64,000 nucleotides of DNA, taken from NCBI GenBank assembly GCA_977020255.1, contig CDROCS010002422.1, positions 124,001 through 188,000 of the forward strand, read 5' to 3'. The position numbers were made by a program, and so were the translations under genes. This DNA comes from Obrimoposthia wandeli. Its lineage: Eukaryota. Numbering within the stretch: the first letter of the stretch is position 1; each line of letters begins with the position of its first letter. The notes under the pieces were generated by a model. It saw only the letters and a program-made list of their open reading frames with translations, was not told where the DNA came from and searched no databases. This document shows, in pieces, positions 19,574 to 29,451 of the stretch.

Positions 19574-19588
19574 TAACTAAATATGAAG

Positions 19589-20245
19589 CTATTTATTAGT
19601 GGCTATACGCGTCGCTAGCGCGAGAAATACCAGCCCTAAAGCACCGTCAATATGGCGCGCTAAATTCATCTTTTTGCCTGCTAGCTTGTTGCCAACTATT
19701 TTACCTATTTCGCTAAAAGCTAGTGAGAAAACAACATTCATGAGCAAAGCAAAAATACTCAGCAGCATGCCCAAGGTTAATATCTGTAATGACATCGAGC
19801 GTTCTGGGTCCACGAATTGCGGTAGAAACAAACTAAAAAACAGCAAGGCTTTGGGATTTAACAAATTATTTAAAAGGCCTTTCTTAAATAACCCTTTAGT
19901 AATGGTCTTGCTATCACAAAGTACTGCATTGCCATTATTTTCCTCTGCTTGATTGAGATACCAACTGACCAGCATTTTTATACCCAACCAGCTTAAGTAA
20001 AGGGCCCCAACAATTTTAATGATGAAAGCGACTATCGGTAATGTTTGCATTAATTGTCCTAAACCAAAAGCCACTAACAGCGTTTGTATGACCCCTGCAA
20101 CAAAAACACCAAGTGCAATCATTACTCCCGACTTAAAGCCTTTAGTTGATGAATATGTTGATATCAATACTAAGTCTGGCCCCGGAGCAATCACCAGAAA
20201 AAAGATAGTCATGAAAAATATCGGTAATATGGCTAGGTCTATCAT
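19589..20245 (-). CDS. LysE/RhtB family amino-acid exporter
   Basis: Motifs IAPGPD, GALYLSWLG and NLLNPKALLFF; hydrophobic throughout. Confidence 0.9.
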   Translation of the reverse strand: MIDLAILPIFFMTIFFLVIAPGPDLVLISTYSSTKGFKSGVMIALGVFVAGVIQTLLVAFGLGQLMQTLPIVAFIIKIVGALYLSWLGIKMLVSWYLNQAEENNGNAVLCDSKTITKGLFKKGLLNNLLNPKALLFFSLFLPQFVDPERSMSLQILTLGMLLSIFALLMNVVFSLAFSEIGKIVGNKLAGKKMNLARHIDGALGLVFLALATRIATNK

Positions 20246-20618
20246 GTTTCACTACTCGATGTTGGCGCTAATCATTAAATATATAGCGGCTTGGGATACG
20301 AAAAGAATAAGTACTCTTTAATTCAGTAACCAAGAAATAAAGTGTCATACTAAGTATTAAACAATAAAACTCAGTAATATAGTTTCATACTGGATGAGTG
20401 CTGTTTGTGCCTATAAGTGTCTGAAAATGGCCGATTTCAGCCATCGGTTTCAGTACTCCAAATAGACGGGAGTTGACAACATAGCAGACGTTTAAGATAC
20501 TTTATAAAAAATTATTTCAGCTACATATATTACGCATTTAATAAGCGGATAATAAATAATTCTAGAGGGTACCGATATAGAATTAACACTTGCTATATAG
20601 GCAAATAATACTAATGCA

Positions 20619-21551
20619 TTATGACTTATGAGGAACGTATAGTTCCGTTCTATTGCGACCTGAATTTTTAGCTTGATATAATGCGATATCTGCTTGATGA
20701 ACAATTTCATCATAAGTAATATCTAATATATTATTATTACTTAATCCTATGCTGACAGTAATAGGGTTATCTTCTATTAATATAGCTGATATCTCTTTAT
20801 GGAGTCGTTTTGATAACAATATTGCTGTATCAACATCTGTATCTGGAAACACTAGTAAAAACTCTTCTCCCCCATAGCGCGAAATCAAATCAGTCTTCCT
20901 TCCAAACATATTTAAATATTGACCTAATTCACTTAAAATTCTGTCTCCTTCAGCATGCCCATAATTATCATTAACCTTCTTGAAATAATCAATATCTAGC
21001 ATCATAAAACAGACGGTGAAATTTGACCTAGAAGCTTGGTCAAGCAATAGTTTAGATCGTTTTATCATTTCTCTTCTATTCAACAACCCTGTTAATTCAT
21101 CAATAGAAGCCAATTCTCTTAGAGATTCCGCTTGGGCTTCTAGCTGTTCACGAGCATTGATCAACTCTTCATATAGTTTATCTCTTTTAGAAGCATTAAA
21201 TAGGCTCCAATAACTAAAACCTAAGTCATCAACTTTAACATTAACCACAACAGGAATACGATTTCCTGTCGTATCCAATATACTCAACTGGATTTCTTCG
21301 CATTTTTTATCATGGAGCAATATTGGTAATAAATAGCTTTGATAAAATATTTTAGAAGATTTAGTTAGAATTTTACCAATTTTATTTCCAACAAGTGCAT
21401 GAGGTGACCAACCAAACTCACGCTTGAAATAAGTATTAGAAAATACAATATTTTTATTTACATCGAGAACAAGTCCGCCGCAAGGAAAGTCATCAATAGA
21501 TTGGTACTCATTTTCTAACGGTTGTATTGTTTTATTTGACATATTCTGCAA
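20619..21551 (-). CDS. PAS-GGDEF diguanylate cyclase
   Basis: N-terminal PAS-like region similar to RsbP-type PAS (KIFYQSYLLPIL), DELTGLLNRR, DIDYFKKVND, and RKTD-LISRY-GGEEF (I-site plus active site). Confidence 0.9.
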   Translation of the reverse strand: MQNMSNKTIQPLENEYQSIDDFPCGGLVLDVNKNIVFSNTYFKREFGWSPHALVGNKIGKILTKSSKIFYQSYLLPILLHDKKCEEIQLSILDTTGNRIPVVVNVKVDDLGFSYWSLFNASKRDKLYEELINAREQLEAQAESLRELASIDELTGLLNRREMIKRSKLLLDQASRSNFTVCFMMLDIDYFKKVNDNYGHAEGDRILSELGQYLNMFGRKTDLISRYGGEEFLLVFPDTDVDTAILLSKRLHKEISAILIEDNPITVSIGLSNNNILDITYDEIVHQADIALYQAKNSGRNRTELYVPHKS

Positions 21552-22338
21552 TACGTATTGCTATTTCATCGGGCGTTGTCATATGTAAACAATGCCCTTC
21601 TGAATCAATTACCTGAAGTTCGGAGTTACTGATTTCATTATGCATATACTCACCGATGCCAGGCGCAGCCAATGCGTCATTACTGCTTTGGAAAATTAAA
21701 CAGTCGATTTTTAAATCTTTCAATATATGCCGATAGTCGGAAAAGAAAGTCGCTTTAGCAAAGTTTTTGGCTATTACTGGATCCGTAGAGCAAAAACTAC
21801 TTGATAATTCAACAATCAATTCTTTTGAATGATTAGCACCCATAACCAAAGGCGCTAAGTAGTCTGCCCATCCAATATAATTCTTATCCATAATATTTAA
21901 CAGTTCTTCTAAATCTTCTTTATCAAAACCACCAGAATAATGAGGAGGTAGATTCAAAAAACAAGGTGAAGGGCAAACCATGATGAGCTTGGAGAATGAC
22001 TTAGGTGATTCAATGGCCGCTAATGTACCAATAACACTGCTTACTGAATGTCCAACAAAAATAGCATCCTTTAAATCTAATGCTTCGCAAATATCGACAA
22101 CATCCTGAGCATAACCCTCCAAAGAACTATAACGATCTTTATCGTAATGTGATAAGTCAGATCTACCTGATCCAACATAATCGAATAACACAATTTTGTA
22201 TTCTTTAATGAGTAGAGGGGTAATAAATCGCCACATATTTTGATCACAGCCAAAACCATGGGCAAGCAGAAGAGTTTTATGTCCTTTTCCAATAATTGTT
22301 ACATTATTTCTAATTAAAATTTCATTTTTAGAATACAT
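21532..22338 (-). CDS. RsbQ/KAI2-like alpha/beta hydrolase
   Basis: Motifs LAHGFGCDQNMW, FDYVGSGRSD, VGHSVS (nucleophile Ser) and EGHCLHM. Overlaps the downstream DGC by 20 nt. Confidence 0.9.
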   Translation of the reverse strand: MYSKNEILIRNNVTIIGKGHKTLLLAHGFGCDQNMWRFITPLLIKEYKIVLFDYVGSGRSDLSHYDKDRYSSLEGYAQDVVDICEALDLKDAIFVGHSVSSVIGTLAAIESPKSFSKLIMVCPSPCFLNLPPHYSGGFDKEDLEELLNIMDKNYIGWADYLAPLVMGANHSKELIVELSSSFCSTDPVIAKNFAKATFFSDYRHILKDLKIDCLIFQSSNDALAAPGIGEYMHNEISNSELQVIDSEGHCLHMTTPDEIAIRIAEYVK

Positions 22339-22703
22339 GTATTCGCTTCCCTACAATTGACTCAATTAAATAAAATAAGTATTTAATATATATCTAAAAA
22401 AGCAAATTCTCAATCGATAAAATTGAGAATTAATAACCTGCGTCAACACAAAAAAGGACTAAAAAATGGCTGCTTCAGGTCGTTAACTGCCTTCGCCGAT
22501 ATCTGATAATCTAGTAACTTTGCCGAATTCTAGTATGCAACTTTATTATTAAAAACATATCCTGCTATTAAGTGATGCTGAGTTCAGTGTGGTACTTTAT
22601 TTTCTGTTCAGGGGTTTTAATACCTGAAATTAGTACTTGTTGGGGTCTTCAGTATGTCCCTTTATTACTCGACTACAAGTTCATGCTCTACTTTATAAGT
22701 GCT

Positions 22704-24680
22704 CTATTTTTCTTGAGGCACTAAAACCTGATAATCTTGTTGAGCAGTGTAGTAGTCTTTTTTGAAGGCTAAGCTACCCCACATAGCATTCGCATGTGCG
22801 CGCTGTACAATAGCATCATCAACTTTAGCTGCTGTCATTGTGTCTTGCTCTGGGTCATATTTATAAGTTGAAATGCCTTGCCCCGGCTGCAATACCACAA
22901 CTTTATTATCAGCGGTCATCCAACCAAAGTTTTTACCCCTTTGCATCAGCGCTCGCTGCTTTTCAATAGGAATTGTTTGCGTTAAATCGTGACCTACCAT
23001 CGGATTTTTACTATTAATACCGGCCAAAGATAAAAGTGTCGGTGCCAGATCTATTTGGCTGACTAAACGGTTATCAATTCTAGGCGCTATTCCTCCGCCA
23101 AAAATAACGGCGGGGATTTTAAAGTGACCGATTGGCAAAGGTGATGCACCGTAAGTTCTTGAATCGTGATCTGCAATAACCGCAAAAACGGTATTATCCC
23201 AATAAGGGGATGCCTTGGCCTGGGCAACAAATTTTCCCAAGGCATAATCAGCATATTTAACCGCATTTTCGACTGTCTGTTTAGGTTCGTTATATTGCTC
23301 AATCGTATTGTCGGGGTATTCAAATGGGCTGTGATTTGAGGAGGTAAATACTAAGCTGAAGAATAATTTTTGCTGCTCACTTAGCTGCTTAAATTGACGA
23401 TCCGCTTTGTTCAATAAATCTTCATCTGACGCTCCCCAAGACCCAACAAACTTTGGCGCTTTAAAGGTTGGAAAGTCTTGCATATCGTCAAAACCATTAC
23501 CTAGAAAAAAGCTTTTCATGTTGTCGAAATGGCTCTCTCCCCCGTAGATAAATTGGGTGTGATACTGATTGGATTTTAGTAAGCGCGCAAGAGAGAAAAA
23601 GTTTGTTTGGCTCTTTCCTAGTTTCACAACAGAGCGCGCCGGTGTCGGTGAAAACCCTGTGGTAACCGCTTCAATTCCTCTCACTGAACGAGTACCCGAT
23701 GCGTACATGCGCTTAAAAGCCCAACCCTCAGCTATTAACTTATCTAAGTTTGGAGAAAGGTCTATCCCACCCAAACTTTTAACATAACGTGCACCATGGC
23801 TTTCTAATAACAAAATGACAATATTTTTAGGCGCACCTTGATACTGCGATTGATGATTGGCAAGCGTAGGTTTGTCAGCACTAATGAAATCTTTTGCTGG
23901 CACGTTCATCGACGCTTTAATTTCCGAGATCACCAGCTGATCATCAAGCTTTGGATAATAATCATAGGCACTGGCTTCACTTTTCATCTGCTTTGCAGCA
24001 AACAATACCGAATAAGACGAGTTTAACGTAAGATCGTTGATAAGTGGATCACTAGCAAACGCCACCATCGCTGGGTTAAGGGGTCGATGACCTAAAGTAG
24101 AGCGCGCTCCCATTGTGCCTACCAACACCACTAGTACCATAATAACAGGGCGCCAATACCACTTAGGATAATGTAAATTAGTACACACAATTTTACTAAG
24201 CTTCCAGCCGTAGAATACTGTGAAAATCGTTGCGAACAACCCTATAGCCAGCTCTAATTTATAAGCTGACCAAAGCATCCCAAACACTTCTTTTGGATAG
24301 ATTAAATATTCAATAAATAAACGGTTTGGGCGTAAATCATATTCCATAATAAAAGCTGGCGTTACCACTTCCATATAAACGGCGAACCACAATCCAAAGG
24401 TAATCCAAACGCGTAACAGGAATTTCCAGATTTGACCGACGCGATGCTCTGCGCTGATAAGGCTTGATATTAACGCTGGCAATACTAGTAATAAGCATAC
24501 TGAGGCGATATCAATTCTTAGACCACTCATAAAGACGTTAAACCAGCCATCCACTGCGCTAACTCTATCTAAGTGCCAAAGTGCTAAGCCTAACCTGGAA
24601 AGTGAAAACACCATTAAAATGATTAAAGCGGTGATAAAAATAGGAAATAGAGGGCCTAATATTTTTTTTATTTTATTCAT
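22704..24680 (-). CDS. LTA synthase family protein (sulfatase-like phosphoglycerol transferase)
   Basis: Five N-terminal TM helices, then ILLLESHG, SGTRSVRG (Thr nucleophile), SSNHSPFEYP and IADHD. Confidence 0.88.
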   Translation of the reverse strand: MNKIKKILGPLFPIFITALIILMVFSLSRLGLALWHLDRVSAVDGWFNVFMSGLRIDIASVCLLLVLPALISSLISAEHRVGQIWKFLLRVWITFGLWFAVYMEVVTPAFIMEYDLRPNRLFIEYLIYPKEVFGMLWSAYKLELAIGLFATIFTVFYGWKLSKIVCTNLHYPKWYWRPVIMVLVVLVGTMGARSTLGHRPLNPAMVAFASDPLINDLTLNSSYSVLFAAKQMKSEASAYDYYPKLDDQLVISEIKASMNVPAKDFISADKPTLANHQSQYQGAPKNIVILLLESHGARYVKSLGGIDLSPNLDKLIAEGWAFKRMYASGTRSVRGIEAVTTGFSPTPARSVVKLGKSQTNFFSLARLLKSNQYHTQFIYGGESHFDNMKSFFLGNGFDDMQDFPTFKAPKFVGSWGASDEDLLNKADRQFKQLSEQQKLFFSLVFTSSNHSPFEYPDNTIEQYNEPKQTVENAVKYADYALGKFVAQAKASPYWDNTVFAVIADHDSRTYGASPLPIGHFKIPAVIFGGGIAPRIDNRLVSQIDLAPTLLSLAGINSKNPMVGHDLTQTIPIEKQRALMQRGKNFGWMTADNKVVVLQPGQGISTYKYDPEQDTMTAAKVDDAIVQRAHANAMWGSLAFKKDYYTAQQDYQVLVPQEK

Positions 24681-24920
24681 TTTTACCTAATAAACTCAAA
24701 AGTTACATCCACAAATTATAAACTACATCACGCAGCAGCATAATATAGATAAAGATTGCTAAAGAGGGAAGAGATGCCTGACCGGCTTAATTGTTAATTG
24801 TATAAAAGGTCCCTTACGAAGCGCTTAATTTTTAAAGTAAACCATCGCTATCATTGATGCTAAAACTCAATTTTAACACCACTTCAGTTTCTTCAATACT
24901 GTATTTATTAGTTAAAGGAC

Positions 24921-25072
24921 CATTAGTGTCCGGTTTAATTTTTGTTGCTCTGTAACTCATTGATTTTACGTTAACGGAAAATACTCCTTAGCAAAAAAAA
25001 TCTATTTTTCCATGAAAGAAAACCACAAATCAATGAGTTAGAGGGCTTACATTTTTTAACCGGACAGCAATG
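24921..25072 (+). mobile_element. MITE family A, copy A3 (152 bp)
   Basis: Same TIRs as A2 and a nearly identical interior. The perfect 9-bp TSD ttaaaggac contains the menA stop codon. Confidence 0.93.
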
Positions 25073-25936
25073 TTAAAGGACAGCTAATTCAAATACACAT
25101 AACAAGCTCCAAAGCAGCATAAAAGCAGCGGTTTGAGCCAACTGTCGATTGAGTTGTTGGACACTTCGTTTAAAAATAGACATCGTGAGCAATATTGCAA
25201 AAATCGCTCCGGTTAACACAATTCCACTATTTTGATTATTAACGTAAGCTAATGCCACCACCGAGCAGAGCATAAAAGCATATGTAATTTTGCTTTTCAA
25301 CTCGCCGAGCAAAATAGCTAAGGTTGTTTTATGTGCATGTGAATCGCTTTTTATATCGCGAATATTATTAACTAACATGATCGCAGCCGCCAGTAACCCC
25401 ATCTGTATGGCGTAACTAAAGAAGTAATGCAAAGTGATAACACTTTGCGTTTGTAAATACCCTGCTGCTATTACGGCTACTGGCCCGAAAAATATGAATA
25501 CAGCTATTTCACCAAAAGCATTGGAAGCTAATGGTTTAGGACCTGCGCTATAACCTATGACCCCCGCGATTGATAATAACCCAAGCAGGATATAAACGGC
25601 TCCGCCGATATACATCAAATAAACACCTAGCACACTTGCTGTAAACAAAGCGAGATACATACCTTTTTGCACTTGTAGACTATTGAGCAACCCAGCTTGG
25701 ATAGCTCTTTTAGGGCCTAATCGCTGATCAGTATCGATGCCTGCTTTATCATCAAAATAATCATTGGCTAGATTTGCGCTTATTTGCAATAAGATCGTAC
25801 ACAGCAAAATGACTAACGCTAACAACCAAGAGAATTGCGCAGTGTGTTGATAAGCGAGCGTTTGACTTAACAAAATAGGGGCGATAGATGCGCTCATTGT
25901 CTTGGGCCGAATGGCCGTAAACCAGTTACTTAACAT
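25073..25936 (-). CDS. menA: 1,4-dihydroxy-2-naphthoate polyprenyltransferase
   Basis: Motifs AIRPKTM, NLANDYFDDKAGID, EIAVFIFFG and NNIRDIKSD..AHKTTLA. Confidence 0.9.
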   Translation of the reverse strand: MLSNWFTAIRPKTMSASIAPILLSQTLAYQHTAQFSWLLALVILLCTILLQISANLANDYFDDKAGIDTDQRLGPKRAIQAGLLNSLQVQKGMYLALFTASVLGVYLMYIGGAVYILLGLLSIAGVIGYSAGPKPLASNAFGEIAVFIFFGPVAVIAAGYLQTQSVITLHYFFSYAIQMGLLAAAIMLVNNIRDIKSDSHAHKTTLAILLGELKSKITYAFMLCSVVALAYVNNQNSGIVLTGAIFAILLTMSIFKRSVQQLNRQLAQTAAFMLLWSLLCVFELAVL

Positions 25937-26127
25937 GATGAATTCTTACTATATTTGGAAGGTAAGCTATCTTACCTGTTATATTAAAAGTACGTCAGGA
26001 ATCTTATATAAACAGCTAGTAATTCTAAGCGCTAATTAACTTGTATCAAGTTTTACGATTTCAGCTCACACTAAAGTAAAGCGCTTCTTTACTAAAATGA
26101 ATAGCGCAGTGATTAGTTATCCAAAAT

Positions 26128-26184
26128 CATTGCTGTCCGGTTAAAAAGTGTAAGTCCTTTAAAAAATTAAACCGGACACTAATG
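26128..26184 (-). mobile_element. MITE family A, internally deleted copy A4 (57 bp)
   Basis: Both termini are kept (CATTGCTGTCCGGTT...AACCGGACACTAATG) and about 95 bp of interior is missing. Degenerate 6/9 TSD. Confidence 0.8.
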
Positions 26185-29100
26185 ACCTGAAATAGATTCT
26201 GAGGCGAGAAACTGCTGATCTAAATAAACATTCACGTCGCTTAGACTGAGCGCCTTACTAAATAACCATCCCTGCACGAGATCACATTTATGCTCTATTA
26301 GATAAGCATGTTGCTCAGGCGTCTCAACACCCTCAGCGACGACCTTCATATCTAGCTCGTGTGCCATAGCGATAATCGCCGTCACTAGCTTTTTGTCAGC
26401 GTTAGAATGAGGCAGTCCAGCAATAAATTCTTGATCAATTTTCAAAGTGTCAAATCGATATTTACGTAAGTAGCTCAAAGATGAATAACCAGTACCGAAG
26501 TCGTCCATTGCTAAAGAGACTCCCAGTACTTCTAATTTTCTTAGCTTGTCTTCGATGCCTGAGAAATTCGAAAGTAATACACCCTCGGTTATTTCGAATT
26601 CAATACTGCTGGGCTTAAGTTTATATTTAGTTAATAGTAATTCTATATTTGGTAATAAATCTTCGTCGTAGAACTGCACAGGAGACAAATTTATAGCGAC
26701 AGAAAATTCGAACCCGTATTTCTTTTGCAATTTTTGTAGTGTGTACAATGCTTGTTTAATCACAAATAGGCCGATTTCCTTTATTATTCCATGATTTTCT
26801 GCGATAGGAATAAACTCTGCTGGGGAAACAGGACCTAACGCTTTACTATTCCAGCGAAGCAGTGCTTCGAAACTGATTACTTTAACGGTTATTGGGTCTA
26901 ATTTCGGCTGAAAATACACTTCCAATTCGTTATGTTCTACGGCATGACGCAGGTGCGTTTCAATCGTTAACTTACGTGAAACATTATGATTTAAACGTTC
27001 GGTATAATATATATACCCCCCCTGCGCTTTATTTTTGGCATGTTGCGTTGCGGTATTAGCATGTTTTAGTAATAGCTCAGCCTCTTCTCCGTCATCAGGA
27101 TACAAAGTGATTCCCAAACTGACATTAACCGATATATCATTTATCGGGGATGTAAAAGGTTTTCCTGAGCACTCTAAAATTTGTTCAGCTAAACTAGCTG
27201 ATTCTATATAACCTTGAATATTAGATTGGATCATTAAAAATTTATTACCACTTAAACGGCCAATTAACTGATACTGACGTAGTGAAGTTTTAAGACGCTG
27301 CGCAAATACATGTAAAATATCATCGCCTATCCGACTCCCATAAACTTCATTTATTTTTTTCAAATCATTAATATATATCGATATGATTGCAATTTTATTA
27401 GTACTATTTTGCGCTTCAGCAATTTTTTGAGTTAAGCGATCTACCGTCAAAAAACGGTTTGGTAAATCGGTTAACTTATCATAATTGGCATTGTAGATTA
27501 GTTGCGAAGTGCGCAGTTTTACTTTTCTATTTAGAATGACATTCCATATCGCAACAGCAAATATCACTAAGCTTGCGATACCGATGATTTTCCAGATTAA
27601 TCGATAACTATTTCCCGGGTTATACTCTATCGATAACCATTTTTCAGAAATCACTTTCTGCTGTCGAGCACTAATGCTGTTTAACCCTTTTTGTAATATT
27701 GAGATAAGTTCTGGCCAATCTTTACGTACACCAAAACGCAATCCTTGTATTTCGGTAGATGCAGGGGCAGCAATTTTTAAATTTGTTAAATTTAGCTTTC
27801 GTATCCAATATGTAACCGCTGCTACGTTACCTATATAGGCATCGGCCTTACCACCAGAAATGGCTAATAATGATTGCTGTAAATCTCCATATAGCACAGG
27901 ATTTATATCGGAATTTTGCATTAAAAACTCATAGTGAGAAGTGTTTTTTTGTGCCGCAACGATTTTTTCATCCAAATCATCCAAGCTACTGATAAAGGGC
28001 ATCTCGACTCGAGTAACAATCACACGATAAAAATTTAGGTAAGGAAGCGTAAAGGATAAAAACTGACTACGTTGCGGGGTAATACTAACGACGGGTAAAA
28101 CATCGAGTTCTTTCTTTTGTATATTATTAATTACTTCAGTCCAACTTAAATTGTCGCTCACTTGCATATTGAGCTTTAAGCGCCGGTTTAGCAATTTGAC
28201 ATAATCTGAAGCCATACCTTTATATTGTTGTTCTTCAACATATTCAAACGGTGCATATTCGGGGTCTACACCTAGGCGAATGTTTGGGTGAGCTTTTATC
28301 CAGCTAAGCTCCTCTGGCGTCAATTCAATCTCTGCAAGCTCTTCCATATCGTCAATAGGCAGCCATTTACTCCTCAGTTTTTGATATTGGGCTTCAGTTA
28401 TCGATGCCAGTGCTTTCTCTAAAATAGTAGAGAGTAACGGCAAATCGTTTCTTATGGCTATCCGCTCATTAGCCTTATCTCGATCATAAATAGCAGCGTA
28501 CTTTAAATTAGTTAACAAATACTTATTACGTAAGAAGTGGCCAGCCCCGAAAAAGGTAATAGCGGCATCTGCTTCTCCAACTGAAACCGCATTGAGCGTA
28601 TCTAGGATGGTATCGAAGTACAAGGGCGTGATAGTTGGATGTTCTTCGATTAACTTATCTATGTAGTGATAGCTTTTGACCAGTGCAACTGTTTTGTTTT
28701 TAATGTCAGCTTTATCATTTATGGTCATATCATCTTCCCGAGAGATGATGACCTGTGATTTAAAAACATAAGGCCGAGTAAAATTAAACCACTGTAAACG
28801 CTCCTTTTTCTCTACCATAGTCGCGACTACATCTATTTTATGCTCTTTGGCAGCAGCGTATATCTCTTCCCACTTGTATTGAGGGTGGACATTAAAAGTT
28901 AAGCCTGTCTTGTTCGATAAAATCTTAAATAAATCAACAGAAAGGCCTTCTAATTGCTGCTCGTTATTAATGAAACTATAAGGCGGGGAGTGGCCATCGT
29001 AAGCCATAGTTACTTGGTTATTTTCTTGTATCCACAGCTGTTCTTCAAAGGTGAGACTTATACCTAAGTTTTCTTGAGAGTGTACTGATGTAGAAAGGAC

Positions 29101-29301
29101 TATCGATGCTACCATTGCAATAAGTGTAAATTGAGAAGCAGATGTGATGCGTGGCAAAAAATACTTAACACAGACCCTTACATGACTGAGCACAGTTATC
29201 ATGTACTCTGGGTAAGTTATACTGGAGTATCTAATATTTATTCTTCGATAAAAAAGTAGCACTATTAAAGAAGAAACTAACTCATCCTTGATTATTGGCA
29301 T
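26179..29301 (-). CDS. EAL phosphodiesterase with two tandem periplasmic solute-binding (PBPb) domains and a degenerate GGDEF
   Basis: Two repeats of ELTxEExxWI/GVDPEYAPFE-type PBP domains, a TM helix, SGNKF in place of GGDEF, FEALLRW and DDFGTGYSSL. The real start is probably downstream of 29301. Confidence 0.85.
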   Translation of the reverse strand: MPIIKDELVSSLIVLLFYRRINIRYSSITYPEYMITVLSHVRVCVKYFLPRITSASQFTLIAMVASIVLSTSVHSQENLGISLTFEEQLWIQENNQVTMAYDGHSPPYSFINNEQQLEGLSVDLFKILSNKTGLTFNVHPQYKWEEIYAAAKEHKIDVVATMVEKKERLQWFNFTRPYVFKSQVIISREDDMTINDKADIKNKTVALVKSYHYIDKLIEEHPTITPLYFDTILDTLNAVSVGEADAAITFFGAGHFLRNKYLLTNLKYAAIYDRDKANERIAIRNDLPLLSTILEKALASITEAQYQKLRSKWLPIDDMEELAEIELTPEELSWIKAHPNIRLGVDPEYAPFEYVEEQQYKGMASDYVKLLNRRLKLNMQVSDNLSWTEVINNIQKKELDVLPVVSITPQRSQFLSFTLPYLNFYRVIVTRVEMPFISSLDDLDEKIVAAQKNTSHYEFLMQNSDINPVLYGDLQQSLLAISGGKADAYIGNVAAVTYWIRKLNLTNLKIAAPASTEIQGLRFGVRKDWPELISILQKGLNSISARQQKVISEKWLSIEYNPGNSYRLIWKIIGIASLVIFAVAIWNVILNRKVKLRTSQLIYNANYDKLTDLPNRFLTVDRLTQKIAEAQNSTNKIAIISIYINDLKKINEVYGSRIGDDILHVFAQRLKTSLRQYQLIGRLSGNKFLMIQSNIQGYIESASLAEQILECSGKPFTSPINDISVNVSLGITLYPDDGEEAELLLKHANTATQHAKNKAQGGYIYYTERLNHNVSRKLTIETHLRHAVEHNELEVYFQPKLDPITVKVISFEALLRWNSKALGPVSPAEFIPIAENHGIIKEIGLFVIKQALYTLQKLQKKYGFEFSVAINLSPVQFYDEDLLPNIELLLTKYKLKPSSIEFEITEGVLLSNFSGIEDKLRKLEVLGVSLAMDDFGTGYSSLSYLRKYRFDTLKIDQEFIAGLPHSNADKKLVTAIIAMAHELDMKVVAEGVETPEQHAYLIEHKCDLVQGWLFSKALSLSDVNVYLDQQFLASESISGH

Positions 29302-29451
29302 TCACAAATTCCCTAGTGAAAACAAAAAATTTTTCAGGCTTTTCAAAACACTACCAAATTTTATCATAATAAAGCGTGTTGTGGTTAGCAGCCACTCTCC
29401 ACGAAATTGAGCGACGTAACAATCGCGGAGTATGATTGCAAAAATTAAACC

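Noticed and set aside
20426-22500. Integron cassette / attC sites
   Set aside because: No RYYYAAC...GTTRRRY paired structure was found by eye and no integrase is present.
22704-24680. LTA synthase in a Gram-negative as a novelty
   Set aside because: This sulfatase-like family is common in Gram-negative bacteria, and nothing here indicates teichoic acid synthesis.
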